The notes beneath the pieces are model-generated. The model searched no databases and had not been told where the DNA came from. It saw only the letters and a list, made by a program, of their open reading frames with translations. The translations under genes and the position numbers were made by a program. From Schmidtea nova (lineage: Eukaryota): 64,000 nucleotides of DNA. Location of the stretch: the NCBI GenBank assembly GCA_044892505.1, contig CM097882.1, forward strand, positions 26,102,001-26,166,000, read 5' to 3'. Positions 48,301-55,342 of this stretch are shown here, one piece after another. Position 1 is the first letter of the stretch; every line of letters starts with the position of its first letter.

Positions 48301-51300
48301 TTTGAAATTTACTTGTGATCAGAAGACATTACTAACCTTATTAGACAGAGGAAACATAAACATCACAAAGAATGAAGAAGAATACAAATTCGATAAAGAG
48401 AAGGAAGCCTTATTCAATAAGATTAGGAAATGGTGTGCGAAACCACTTGATAAACTAATAACATACAAAGACATAAACAATTTTAACGAGAAATACCAGA
48501 CAATAGTAAGTGAGTATGAGGAAATAATAAAAATCTTAAACCATCCCGAAAAATGCAAACAGGTTTTAGAGAAAAAAGAAAGAGAAAGTAACAAGAAACT
48601 CACACCACTCTTCAAAGCAGAAGCACCATACCAAGCTAGACTAGATGCGATACAAGAAAAAGCAAAAGAATTGTTACCGGAATTCGAGAATAGTAAACAT
48701 GCACTGGAAATACTCGGCGCATTAGTTGAAAAAGTACACGCATACGCAAAAGGAACATACAATGGTAACGACATAGTAATAATAAAAAAGGAGATGCCAG
48801 TAACATTCCTATTACCAAAAGACGGAATAATGCCCATACATAGAGCTCTACGAAATGGCAAAGATAGGAAAGTAATGGAAATTGCAAGAGTAATGCTAAA
48901 TTGCGGAAGCAATATGAATATGATAGACGAGAAAGGAGATACACTTATGGTATTTGCAGCAAGGGCCAAAACGAAAACAAAGGTATTAGAAGAACTATAC
49001 AAAGCAGGTGCAGGACTTACAGGAAAGACAGATAAAGATAATTCGATATTGGATGTAGCATTATTAACACACAATTGGGAAATGGTCAATTTCATTAAAA
49101 CCGTCCCAAATCAGGAAGAAATAGATCACCTAACTGATACGGTCAAGAAACCCAGTGTACTAGCAATGATGAACAACGTCGAACTAACAGAATCAATACT
49201 TACGTGGATAAATCCTAATACTAACGAACCAGCATTCAGGATTAATAAATTTACAGAACATAACCAAAACTGGTGTATAAGAAGTGCCTTAATAACGTAT
49301 AAATGGCCAGAGATATTGAAGATGTTTATGGAAAGAAAGGATCTAAGAATCACAACCAGCCCGAAAGAAGAAAAATACACAGGCAAATGGAAAGAATTGA
49401 TGAAGACATACATCAACAATTGGATCAAGGCCAAAAAGGAAATCTTGGAACATAAATCCACTAACAAAGTAATACCGGAGCAGGTAGAAACACAAGAATT
49501 TGAGGCAAGTAATCTAACGACATTAGCATATGCGAAACTAATAGAAGAAATAAATGTCGAGGACGACATTTTCGACGAACCAGGGGGAGATGACAACACA
49601 GATAGTGACGACGGTAACAACTCAGATAACTCAAGCGATCACGAACCACCCGATAAAGAGGAAAACGAGAGAAAAGACAAGAAACGAGACAAAGAAGAAA
49701 AGAAAAGTGAAGACGAAAAACAAAGAGATGAAGATGGAGAACAAGGAAAAAACGACCAAAGAGATAAAAATGACACCCAAAGAACAGGTTATAAATCAAC
49801 CATAAAACCATTCTTCAAACCAGAATTACTATTATTAACAGTGATTTTAACGTTAATTAACCCAAGTCAAGGAATGACATGTGAAGAAAGGGCAATAATA
49901 CAAATAAAAAACGCAAAAGGAATCGAACGAGTATGTTGGTCGAAAAAGGACAAAATCACGGAACAAAATAGGCCGATGGATTGCAGAATCTCAAAACACG
50001 AGCAAGAAATCATAGAGATCAATGACTTAGATCTAGATACCTGGTACAAAATATGCACCGTTAGAAAACAAAAGCATCCAAGATCACACAACACAATCGC
50101 ATGTGCAAAATACCAAACACCTAAAGCAGCCATGACAATACAACAGTCACCCAAAGGAGATTACATCCTCGGAAAATGTGGAAGAACAGAGACACAGGGA
50201 ACAGAAAACAAAAAACCCCCGGCAATAGATAAGCAAACAACACCAACTATACGAATTACAATAAAGAGGCCCGAAGCAAGAGTGGCCACAAACGAAACCG
50301 AAAGAGTGTCTTACCAAATGGAAGTATTATGCTTAGCACTCATACTAATAATAATAAAACGATTAGAGGAAGGAATAGAAATTGAAACTATGACAATAAC
50401 AGAAGTGGAAGATACACAGAACACTAACATAAAATGTTGGGCGAGGAATGACGAAGAAATCGGTGTAAATGAAATAAGGAAAAGTCGAAAACCCACAACA
50501 AACAAAGTAATTAAAGTATCCGAAGTAAGAGCAGACAAGACGTACAAACTATGCCTACTTGAGAAAGAGAGGAACAAGAAAGGTACCACAAAATGTAAAA
50601 CATTCCAACCTGGAGAGGTAATAAAGTTCCGAAGGAGAACGAGGAAGAGAAATAAACAAATCAAGCAGAAACTGAACATAACATTAGAAATAAAAGAAAT
50701 AGAACCAAATGTGAAAGGAGTATGCTGGAGGAAGTACGAAAAGGAAACAAATAAAAGAACGACACCACAATGTCAAACAAGCACAGGAGCAACAACGATA
50801 CAAATAAAAGGTCTAGAAAGTAAACAAACCTACGAAATATGTTTGGTAAAGAAAAATGATCAGATAACGATAAACGACCTAGAATGCGGAATACATACAA
50901 CTTCATCCGGAACAAGAACCAAAACGTTAACACGGAAAAATAAAAGGAAACAACGAAACAAAGAAAAACCGAAGTACACCACTACCTTTAAAAATAATAA
51001 ACAACCAATAAGCCAGGAAGCCACGACAAAACCCGAGAAAAAGACATCAGCAACTCTGACATTATGGAAAATAGAGAATAAAACATTAGAAATATGTTGG
51101 ATAATAGTTCAGAAACCTATAAGAAGACAATCAAGAGAGTGCAGAAAAACAAATAAAGAAATCAAGATCGAAAAACTACAATTTAATAGCGAGTATGAAG
51201 TATGTGCAATAGAAAGAATGGACGCACTAGGAAACCAACAAGAAAGATGCGAAACCTACTATACACCAGCGAACGCAACATCAAAAGGAATAACAAGGAA

Positions 51301-53275
51301 ACTCGAATTCAGGGAACTAAGCCAAACGAATGAACAAATGGACGTAGAAAAAACAATAACCGACCCTCAAGCAAAATGGACACCCGAAGAAGTTATCAAG
51401 GAAGTCAAAAGAAAGCAAGAGGAACGGGAACAATTAATGAGAAAACTAAAGGGACAATACGGAATAATGTCCAACCAAAGCGAATCTATACAAACAGACG
51501 AGAATAAAGAAATTAAAGAACTAATTGGCTTAGGAATATTAACAGCGACCATTCCAGTAATAATCGCGTTATCAGCTATATGGATACGCAAGATAAGCCC
51601 AAGAAAATCAACAACCCAATGGCTAAATATAGATAATACAAGCCATGGAGTAGAAATACTAGAAGAAAAAGCACGAGAAGAACCAAATAAGAAAGAAGCG
51701 AAAAGCGGAAAACTAGGAATAAACAACAAAGACAAGGAAATAAAAGAGATTAAAGGCGAAGAGAAAAAATATGAAAGGCGGACCAGAAGCCTACCGCAGA
51801 GTTCAAAATGGTTGGGTCTAACAATAATATTGACATTAATTAATAGGGAAGAAGCAATAAACCCACAGACAGGAATAAAAGTAATAAATGTCCAGGAAGT
51901 CGAGAAAATATGTTGGTATAGAGAAGATGAACCAATTGGAGAAAATAACCCACTAAAATGCATAATCAGAAAATCCGACCAGGATATCGTACGAATAGAA
52001 GAAATGGATGGAGGAACCATACATCGGATATGCATAATAGAAAAGGAAAAGAAGTCGGGGCTACCTAAGACAGTCGTATGCCAGAAATATGAAACGCCTA
52101 GACTTGAATGGTATAGAGTAAAACCAACAAAGAAAGAAATCAAAAACACAATAGATCAACCAGCAACTCAGATAAGAAACACGACGGATAAACCAGGAGA
52201 AGGGGAGAGAAGCATAAATAACACGAGAGAAGGAGCATCACCCCAACAAGATGTCGTATGCATAGCGTTAATAATAGCAATGTCCAAACGTATCAATAAA
52301 GGAATAACAATAGAACAAATGGCCATGACAATAAGGAGAAAAGGCCGGAGTAGCAACAAAATATGCTGGGGATGGTACAACGGACAAAAAGAATACCAAG
52401 TTCAGACAAGCGACGAATCACGAACAAACAAGGAAACCGAAATACAAGAAATACAAATGGACGGAGAAGGAAGTATATGTATATGGGAGAAAGGAATCCA
52501 AGAAGATCAACCCGGAATAGAAAAGTGCAAGACATTCCAAAAAGGAGAAATTCTGAAATTCGATGAAAAAGAATTAACCAAAACAGAAAGAACTCTGACA
52601 TTAACAGGACTTGATCAGACAGTGAAAGGAATATGTTGGACAAAACATAACCCAGAAGGAGAAGAAGGTAACCTAACCCACTGTAAAGAAACAGGGAATA
52701 AAGAAAAAGTCGAATTAAAGAAAATGGAAGTAAATAGGACATACGTGATATGTACCTTCACCAGAAAAGGTTCAGAAAAACCAGAATGCGGATTATATCA
52801 GATCTCAGAGAAACCACAACAACAGATCAAACCAGGAAACGTGGAAAACCGAACAAAAGAAAATAACGTCAAACAACTACTAAATCGCCATTGGTCTACA
52901 CAAGAAGTAATGAACAAAGTCAAGAATCAAGTACAGAAGGAGAAGAAGCCAGAGGCTCAAACCCAAAATGAGATAAAAGCGAATCAGAATAAAATCAAAG
53001 CAACAAACCGTGGAAAAACAGTAATAGGATTAATCAGTATAGGAATATTAATAGCATATGGGATAATGACGACAAGCATGATAATATATTGGAGATACAG
53101 AAAGAGAAACAAAGCGACAGCCATACAATGGCCAGATATTAAAATTATGAAGCAAAGAATAGAAATACCAGAAGAAATACAGCAAGAATTCCAAAGAAGA
53201 ACGAAAGGTAAAGAATTCTGGAAACAAATAGAAGATGAAGAACGATACGAGGAAAAGACGACAATGAGGGTATAG
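36311..53275 (+). CDS. Single ~5,650-aa polyprotein: Gag-Ubl x3-Bcl2-like-Env-PR-RT-RH-IN-ANK-FN3-like/TM modules
   Basis: Frame open from 36278 to the stop at 53273-53275 with no frameshift; first ATG at 36797, so the true start is uncertain. Domain evidence in the sub-features. Confidence 0.97.
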   Translation: MRKGAKSVVVKPTEKKVDSNSNKKDKTSTTTKSTKKQKAGKDNPQGSKSRKIIRDKSITENDKLSIISNSSSNKENQAEPKENQASETESDETNNDNIEEVENEVEPEIEINASDNESIISDNEGIRETESDSSSSKTEDEHNNELETRGNESKITQDSGIEMGEPREEIKDKFSGEPFNGDASKLETFLKEFGIFVEVCKWKAETTVSRIQLYLKDSALDLYLEAKNGTNPPTSWTAIKDFFQQTFGINKVLSEAFIEFSMRKQKMNESNAVYASELKKLAKSVFKDGGPINEELMAAIFIGGLRRPDIRAQVGCQGCKTIDQALETANRFELHMIGSEGRIYLAMDTAQTEPEVNLNNHIPNSQQLNRPPPQRRNEGNKVQNFGNQNNYNPQGQTKQCKTCGKLGHWQQECYQNLNCGKCGVKGHSESRCSTIICFNCGRPGHYSRNCGQKSNQRGNWQSNGNRPNYGNQANTVNRPDYGNQQNNNNNNQNKTTPKEIHLMQEVQRLTELINNTTRGNPQTNQQQISMMRKIESENERLNRESQARHAQEWARIQREDEQKQQERERQPLRINMLRATNQTDTREKETTLEMNSINPNPADNESRKEIVQKDEEVEKEAEKGEETEINQEERRKIWKKGMMVIMPNDHMFRFQYNAKEKVEILFNKVNQMIPGVTKLPREAFLQIEGAPSVKLKLTDIWENMGVVETKRNVMRIKEIEPEEIPPPIRHETRIRRIFEGKMIRRRLKEIDELGKKMEKVKIIEDKSEPTPEIDKNEPEPTENIQGETNQTAHINMLRNTTREFSDEEEDSDISSLAGDILKESEDENKEMKVIKTSEPTQIKVDEIQKLLDNSLEVIYNEEFMDKKQYRKFMKALLQMNYKEWLQDREVDMLNRYVGKLIEEPLLNYTISIIINTSTPRIWIKTPFTDDIYRWVEDRLGSSYRNKFIYSQNRLVKKRTHLVETGIWPGEITLLSICDEKEEENLQEVAREANACFERRIKPRLEYEKERVLRKNLNFLIEQIIPQVKKHRKELMRSEYEKLKRCIECIRDTSHTRWSQISHDKLIAKMGKTMFRQGKITDLKISVELPNEDTKEIEVVADCTIKELINVINETLVQREPEDEWEDDIIIQYNEHVLWDHDERRLYKIGIWDNHQTIHVSRMDDTPRETAKDEKRERERRKEVVRKLQQIVDIYRNWRIWPEWENVLEELNLNRRIRTPVEKQWNEKGKCWEPKEGEYEEEYKRGIEDDCEPEIGRVCMVTRKATPIDLDGPETAAMWLEREKQKTEEFVEILKTNAHGKRKLIKGLADFFAVNGEDITCLRKVAKAITEYKRVNEWCPEQLDHVIRKWRNQEFSQEIPQKVHLRIIYPNKDKEELWVGIAEKIRDIKKKLRYEPPFHLQHQGRSLDNSLEIGITPAQLDLMNTLTVEAIAGQPLKRKEENHKLHGSISTPSPMKSVLTPGTSSRRSETTPRGTRERTPPQPYDVDEILTDSDDMIEELTELTKEKEDNIFERIQELPTTIQVTNTGEAEVEEEIIIEEVNDLTEDETRGANVENVQLTQEMERWLEERANEPRDVTEETGRATRFVETGTGMDRRHRGRPKTDPANIVVRNKDEKRQDQWELCLRKLNKIAEMKEKETTPICQGEEWISKIIMEILAIIDPELRKYWRITEISEKAKSLHSAIAPILPEFIKEKTKSNHLDWQGTTTLIKKLTEGAETDNKYVIAIAYTIYNLLTLSRGRPKPTALERHIKNTAKIIAREIEPYVINIGGWETFIKANQKKTQAKNMKKKFEKILEELEKEQAGTGNAKSSMNLSAIIMMMLIWMISTDSATAFEVFDCDQMKLGEKYSLRGTEQCKDATPVELQKIKKEQWYHVYQEAELIKTMVNECKVQKTRFAFYCGRGHYSAIVMPGTEREPIVLQGEDCEALFKHGEVTTRDKIKIRGKPGMMMQQTYYVAGRITGGEGYCQGETYPIFGVPATNLVVMDTYIVELKSYEAFFEPTTGEMKTLPMCKIDRSMCQTGMSTLVYKPKVNECQLQLLQGAQFDEIQGKTFQEEDDDDKARAKHLKEALENKRQLKPDHREKRIEMRATPTVLITTNQDVGMRFIKGKATLKCSTTVYETNYPGIYVSKQEVPNAKPKIDTMDIKLHLYVNNKMDFLFHRGQASLQKVYYDLINNDCILNREILKTKLAVAITNPDSAMPLLPLREGHFGRVVGEAMYVYICEKTHASLAATTQLKPGTCTNELEIDYKGKVRYVQPVTRIINPPGFEPNPFNCSNAYGPLYQKPDGKWVMFPGRSEVIAPREFELMQLSKDRQFSDVDVSNNGIYSPKDLEAARQNILFPARREALLSNIVTITGGTDYREGPNYELLLSPAHFKKATENMMKAMWGRFLIFGQMMAGILGVILIIQIVRVIITQMLACFDIYKREKKVNWKMVVGFLPFLAKTMVLHGHSKDIHRIKRLLKILAKMKGTDEEVGRKFKKIMNDEQARQQLKRERKGLWERMKGYKTQNDSSDDDDDDDDYKGGQVYKNQAPQYIEKNPADAWKCYAPPPTMYQEPLQGGKNSTMQMMPMTNVYPMIPEDYKMRRCRSVDPQGDTHTIAVMSSNTGAVLTTTIEINGREIEAMIDTGANISAIDIKWIPQEQRREIERTNVHVIACSKEVVEVAGRWWVKIRHLNTEIDTYVAVIPALSVPCIIGTDLMPALFKEIVIDLGTMRLKDRTGQICAIEAKVTSSKQMIIPARKEKICYVKIDPTIQGDMIFEPSKRFEKRKALPMARGLVNINDDGEIPINVVNFDEEDKIIYENERLGKLTPMMDIELPIEGAEKDKEPTWNIDSELLNEDQRKQLEKLLIEYKDIFAASDLDLGTCDVTLHTIPLTDETPIALRPYKLAEAQKAVAEAEVKKMLDAEVIEPSCSPWQFPVVMVKKKDGTQRFCIDYRRLNTVTKRDTYPLPDINEMLLTLQGAAYFTSLDLKSGYWQIKMKEEDKEKTAFTIGRDLYQFRKMPFGLTNAPASFQRCMNFVTHGIKQCMVYIDDLLIYSSTFEQHIQDIRDVFVRLRQWKLKLKPSKCDWAKEKVTFLGHIVSAKGKEPDPRNIDKVKECPVPKTITQIQEFLGLCGYYRKFIKDYADIAKPIQELVKKDVSFIWGDEQQTAFETLRDKLITAPILVHPDFKKPFLLATDASGYAAGAVLGQYDDEGKERVIGYYSRTFKKHEKNYSVTEREALAIILAIKHFKYLLWGHIICITTDHQPLVWLGQHKETSSRLMRWAMQLQEYSPDIKFKSGKANANADCMSRLTFPELTDPDVQRICVLIAEDLDFSELKKDQQEDKELGQIIEFLTSRNREIFKDNKELKEHIGKYQHRYIINKGWLLIQDGEKRLMCLPENRRKEIMIQYHDGKLGGHMSEKKTINRMRQKYYWRTMEEDIKEWIKNCLTCATRKDSGKKWKNPLQPMPIPAEPMTTIAMDVIGPLPESLNGNIYILVITDYLTKFPEAFAMQDQKAKTVAKILVEDICCRYGTPKQILTDQGTNFMSELLNEVTNYFRIAKLRTSPYHPQTNGQTERFNGTLIRMLSNYVSRHQTDWDEYIKLCLMAYRMSIHAATKLSPFQLMYGRECNMPIDLEYQPPLSQYMEDDDYVTKFKERMQEIWKTAELNIKFYQESYKDLHDQKKNVKANDLKPGDWVIIETPEIIPGTVKKLQRPGRGPYEIIYKKDNNVKVKLINRPLIRPIYVNTCRCKKVPKTITTTPENRIITRSQTARINMLRANVTEDDKAEIRQKEIRNKEIILKAREIMGRWHVRDEAGISRDIRHMISRYAQGLPTEPIISELLEKIPEILLLKDVGGQPALHNAIECKNMERAKEFLKIAKETNQNLDVGNREQETPLMTAAIHQADKEMIDLLIKAHFSWTERDREDKTVLNHVIWSSHQPMLKYIIANSTWEIDELVKGDIIKEAIKVGKCNTIRKLIKWKRPEDDTWVLDINEVYSEGQNALLRYLLKFTCDQKTLLTLLDRGNINITKNEEEYKFDKEKEALFNKIRKWCAKPLDKLITYKDINNFNEKYQTIVSEYEEIIKILNHPEKCKQVLEKKERESNKKLTPLFKAEAPYQARLDAIQEKAKELLPEFENSKHALEILGALVEKVHAYAKGTYNGNDIVIIKKEMPVTFLLPKDGIMPIHRALRNGKDRKVMEIARVMLNCGSNMNMIDEKGDTLMVFAARAKTKTKVLEELYKAGAGLTGKTDKDNSILDVALLTHNWEMVNFIKTVPNQEEIDHLTDTVKKPSVLAMMNNVELTESILTWINPNTNEPAFRINKFTEHNQNWCIRSALITYKWPEILKMFMERKDLRITTSPKEEKYTGKWKELMKTYINNWIKAKKEILEHKSTNKVIPEQVETQEFEASNLTTLAYAKLIEEINVEDDIFDEPGGDDNTDSDDGNNSDNSSDHEPPDKEENERKDKKRDKEEKKSEDEKQRDEDGEQGKNDQRDKNDTQRTGYKSTIKPFFKPELLLLTVILTLINPSQGMTCEERAIIQIKNAKGIERVCWSKKDKITEQNRPMDCRISKHEQEIIEINDLDLDTWYKICTVRKQKHPRSHNTIACAKYQTPKAAMTIQQSPKGDYILGKCGRTETQGTENKKPPAIDKQTTPTIRITIKRPEARVATNETERVSYQMEVLCLALILIIIKRLEEGIEIETMTITEVEDTQNTNIKCWARNDEEIGVNEIRKSRKPTTNKVIKVSEVRADKTYKLCLLEKERNKKGTTKCKTFQPGEVIKFRRRTRKRNKQIKQKLNITLEIKEIEPNVKGVCWRKYEKETNKRTTPQCQTSTGATTIQIKGLESKQTYEICLVKKNDQITINDLECGIHTTSSGTRTKTLTRKNKRKQRNKEKPKYTTTFKNNKQPISQEATTKPEKKTSATLTLWKIENKTLEICWIIVQKPIRRQSRECRKTNKEIKIEKLQFNSEYEVCAIERMDALGNQQERCETYYTPANATSKGITRKLEFRELSQTNEQMDVEKTITDPQAKWTPEEVIKEVKRKQEEREQLMRKLKGQYGIMSNQSESIQTDENKEIKELIGLGILTATIPVIIALSAIWIRKISPRKSTTQWLNIDNTSHGVEILEEKAREEPNKKEAKSGKLGINNKDKEIKEIKGEEKKYERRTRSLPQSSKWLGLTIILTLINREEAINPQTGIKVINVQEVEKICWYREDEPIGENNPLKCIIRKSDQDIVRIEEMDGGTIHRICIIEKEKKSGLPKTVVCQKYETPRLEWYRVKPTKKEIKNTIDQPATQIRNTTDKPGEGERSINNTREGASPQQDVVCIALIIAMSKRINKGITIEQMAMTIRRKGRSSNKICWGWYNGQKEYQVQTSDESRTNKETEIQEIQMDGEGSICIWEKGIQEDQPGIEKCKTFQKGEILKFDEKELTKTERTLTLTGLDQTVKGICWTKHNPEGEEGNLTHCKETGNKEKVELKKMEVNRTYVICTFTRKGSEKPECGLYQISEKPQQQIKPGNVENRTKENNVKQLLNRHWSTQEVMNKVKNQVQKEKKPEAQTQNEIKANQNKIKATNRGKTVIGLISIGILIAYGIMTTSMIIYWRYRKRNKATAIQWPDIKIMKQRIEIPEEIQQEFQRRTKGKEFWKQIEDEERYEEKTTMRV
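36797..37660 (+). other. gag: Gag capsid-like domain + three CCHC zinc knuckles
   Basis: FNGDASKLETFL..LYL..SWTAIK..F..RKQ..ES..Y..EL..FIGGL; CKTCGKLGHWQQEC, CGKCGVKGHSESRC, CFNCGRPGHYSRNC (37508-37660). Confidence 0.92.
38228..40597 (+). other. Three ubiquitin-like (beta-grasp) domains: 38228-38463, 39554-39793, 40394-40597
   Basis: Best copy LKISVELPNEDTKEIEVVADCTIKELINVI..IIIQYNEHVL..DERRLYKIGI..TIHV follows the ubiquitin hydrophobic pattern; other two weaker; no C-terminal GG. Confidence 0.6.
41252..41650 (+). other. Bcl-2-like domain
   Basis: Helical region ending in BH2-like IAREIEPYVINIGGWETF; degenerate BH1 position (LTEGAETDNKYVIAIAY). Confidence 0.7.
41747..43670 (+). other. env: Envelope glycoprotein, chuvirus/gB-like class III fusogen, embedded in the polyprotein
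   Basis: Signal-like MNLSAIIMMMLIWMISTDSATA then FEVFDC; Cys pattern and motifs (CKVQKTRFAFYCG, AGRITGGEGYCQG, LYVNNKMDF..DC.LNREIL, GEAMYVYIC, CTNEL, PVTRI..C, NGIYSPKDLE..ILFP) colinear with chuviral-type glycoproteins; REKR at 42557-42568; TM 43487-43582. Confidence 0.85.
44108..44480 (+). other. Retropepsin aspartic protease (followed by a dUTPase-like spacer to ~44760)
   Basis: IEAMIDTGANISAI (DTG at 44195) and CIIGTDL. Confidence 0.95.
44810..46210 (+). other. pol: Reverse transcriptase + RNase H
   Basis: SPW..PVVMVKKKDG..RFCIDYRRLN, LDLKSGYWQI, MPFGLTNAPASFQR, YIDD (45410); TDASGYAAGAVL, EREALAI, TDHQPL, ADCMSR. Confidence 0.98.
46250..47590 (+). other. Integrase (HHCC, DD35E, GPY/F)
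   Basis: YHDGKLGGH..CLTC; MDVIGPL, TDQGTNF, GQTERFN; GRGPYEI. No chromodomain seen. Confidence 0.97.
47830..49100 (+). other. Two ankyrin-repeat clusters
   Basis: GQPALHNAI, QETPLMTAA, DKTVLNHVI; GIMPIHRAL, GDTLMVFAA, DNSILDVAL. Confidence 0.85.
49820..53275 (+). other. Two paralogous membrane modules with seven Cys-bearing FN3-like domains
   Basis: Module A 49820-51640 (4 domains, TM 51521-51583); module B 51809-53275 (3 domains, TM 53021-53092); repeated CW..C..I..L...T.Y.IC..C...T motif. Confidence 0.65.
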
Positions 53276-53401
53276 GGGCGGATTATGACTGTAAATAATA
53301 GTGTAAATAACAAAGCATTACCGTAATAGTATGGGTATCGATATTATAAAAAATTGTAAAAAGCTAGAAAAACAAAGTAAATGATGTATATAATTTAGAA
53401 A

Positions 53402-53758
53402 ATGACCGAACAGGACGAAACAACTGAAATAACTATGGCTATGAGATGGAAAGCACAATGTGATTTATTAGTACGAACAGTCAACTCATTACAGAACCAA
53501 TTAGCGGAAAGACAAATGTTATTATCAGAAAGTTATAACAATTGTTTCGAACAATTACACAGAATAGAGGAACAACAAAGAGCGATAACTGAACTCACCA
53601 GAGAAAATCAAACGATAAGCAACACCAATCAAAGACAAGCAATAGAAATAAACCATTTAACACGAGGAGAAAGAGAAGGATCCGAAGAAGGATGGATGAG
53701 TTGGGTAATAAATAGATTAAACAACGAAGCGGAACCAGATTCAACGAATGAGCCATAG
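53402..53758 (+). CDS. 118-aa coiled-coil orphan
   Basis: ATG in TAGAAAATG context, heptad pattern, element-like codon bias. Confidence 0.75.
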   Translation: MTEQDETTEITMAMRWKAQCDLLVRTVNSLQNQLAERQMLLSESYNNCFEQLHRIEEQQRAITELTRENQTISNTNQRQAIEINHLTRGEREGSEEGWMSWVINRLNNEAEPDSTNEP

Positions 53759-53852
53759 ATAAATAAAGCGGAAAACTGTAAATATGTAAAAATAAAAACA
53801 AGAAAAATCCAAAAAATAAATGACAAGTCGAATGTATATATTATTGTAGAAA

Positions 53853-55229
53853 ATGGACAGAGAAGAACGAATAATCGAAATTTTGAGACTAGAAAACAGA
53901 AAATGGAGTAAGAGGCTCACATGCGGGAAGTGTAACAATTTATTACGAGAACCCAGACAAACGATATGTGGATGTAGAATATGTACAAAATGTATACAAG
54001 AATTGGATGCAACAGGAATAACAACATGCCCAGAATGTAAAGAAGGAGGAATAGTGTTGGACGAAACCAGAACGGACAAAGCAACCCAAAGAGAAATTAT
54101 GAGCACCACAACGGAGTGCGTAAATACACCTTGTACATGGCAAGGACAAATAAGTAATCTGGAAAACCATATGGAAAAATGCGAGGAAAAGAGAGCCGAA
54201 TGCGAGAAATGCCAACAGACAATAACTCTAAAGAAGAGAGAACAACACAAGGAAGAATGTAAAGAAGAAGAAATCGCATGCGAGTATTGTGAAGCCCGAG
54301 AAACAAGGAGAAAAATCGAAGAAGAACACTTGAATATAACAGAGGAGAAAGTATGCGGACAATATGTAAGTAAATGTCCAAACAATTGTGAAATAACAGA
54401 AGAAATAAAATTACATGAACATTGGAAACTATGTACCGAAAGGCCAAGAGAATGCCCATATAACAAGCATGGATGCAAGGAAAAGCGGACGCGAAAAACA
54501 ATGCAACAACATCTAGAAGAAGCAGCACTAACGCATGTGGAAATGACAAACGAAACGACTAAAGAAACGGAACGGACAATTCAGAAATTAGAAAAAGAAG
54601 TAGAATCACATAAAATAATGATGAGTTTACTACTAGAAACAAGAGAGCAGTTTGAACTAACTCGCGAAAGAATGGAAAAGAAAATAATAGCCATAGAAGA
54701 ATTAGGAAAAGGAATGAAAATACAATATAATCAATTAATACGAGAAATTGACGAAAGAAGGGACTTACCAATCGCACCTTACCTATGGAAAGTAACAGAT
54801 TTCAGAGACAAATTAGCAGAAGCCAGAAATATGACGAAAACAGCAGTAATAAGCCCACCATTTTATTTATGGAAAAACGGGGTTAAAATAAGATTGAAAG
54901 TATACCCAAATGGAGACGGAAGAGGACAAGGAACACACGTGTCAATATTCTTCTCACTATGTAAAGGAGAATACGATGACCTAATAAAATGGCCCTTGAA
55001 AATAGGAGTCATTATAAGAATCAAAAGTACGGGAAAACCAGTAGAAAAGTTCTTTGAAACAGACAAACATTCGAGTACGAGCGAAAAGCCAACGACAGAA
55101 TGCGGACTAGCAGCAGGAGAACCAATGTTTATAAGGAAAGAAAACCTATGGGAGCAACTATATACAGACACGCTATACATAGAGATGGAGAGGCATGAGA
55201 AAGCAGACAGAAAAGGATGGTTGGCGTAA
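53853..55229 (+). CDS. Intronless full-length TRAF homologue (RING, TRAF Zn fingers, coiled coil, MATH)
   Basis: CGKC..CGCRICTKC..CPEC RING; C..C..H..C fingers; YLWKVTDF..SPPFY..YPNGDGRGQGTHVSIFF..GEYDDLIKWP MATH. Confidence 0.96.
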   Translation: MDREERIIEILRLENRKWSKRLTCGKCNNLLREPRQTICGCRICTKCIQELDATGITTCPECKEGGIVLDETRTDKATQREIMSTTTECVNTPCTWQGQISNLENHMEKCEEKRAECEKCQQTITLKKREQHKEECKEEEIACEYCEARETRRKIEEEHLNITEEKVCGQYVSKCPNNCEITEEIKLHEHWKLCTERPRECPYNKHGCKEKRTRKTMQQHLEEAALTHVEMTNETTKETERTIQKLEKEVESHKIMMSLLLETREQFELTRERMEKKIIAIEELGKGMKIQYNQLIREIDERRDLPIAPYLWKVTDFRDKLAEARNMTKTAVISPPFYLWKNGVKIRLKVYPNGDGRGQGTHVSIFFSLCKGEYDDLIKWPLKIGVIIRIKSTGKPVEKFFETDKHSSTSEKPTTECGLAAGEPMFIRKENLWEQLYTDTLYIEMERHEKADRKGWLA

Positions 55230-55342
55230 TGAAGGAAGTAACCATGTAAATAAAATGTATAGAAACAATATGAATTAACAAATAATCAAAAACAATAAAA
55301 AATAAAAAATGATTAAATATTCTTTTATCTGTAATTATAGAA

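Noticed and set aside
51776-51792. RRTR as a furin site
   Set aside because: Lies after a TM on the predicted cytosolic side.
36311-53275. BEL/Pao or Copia classification
   Set aside because: PR-RT-RH-IN order excludes Copia; YIDD RT, CX2CX4HX4C knuckles, GPY/F and 4-bp TSD fit Ty3/Gypsy despite the Anakin-like env.
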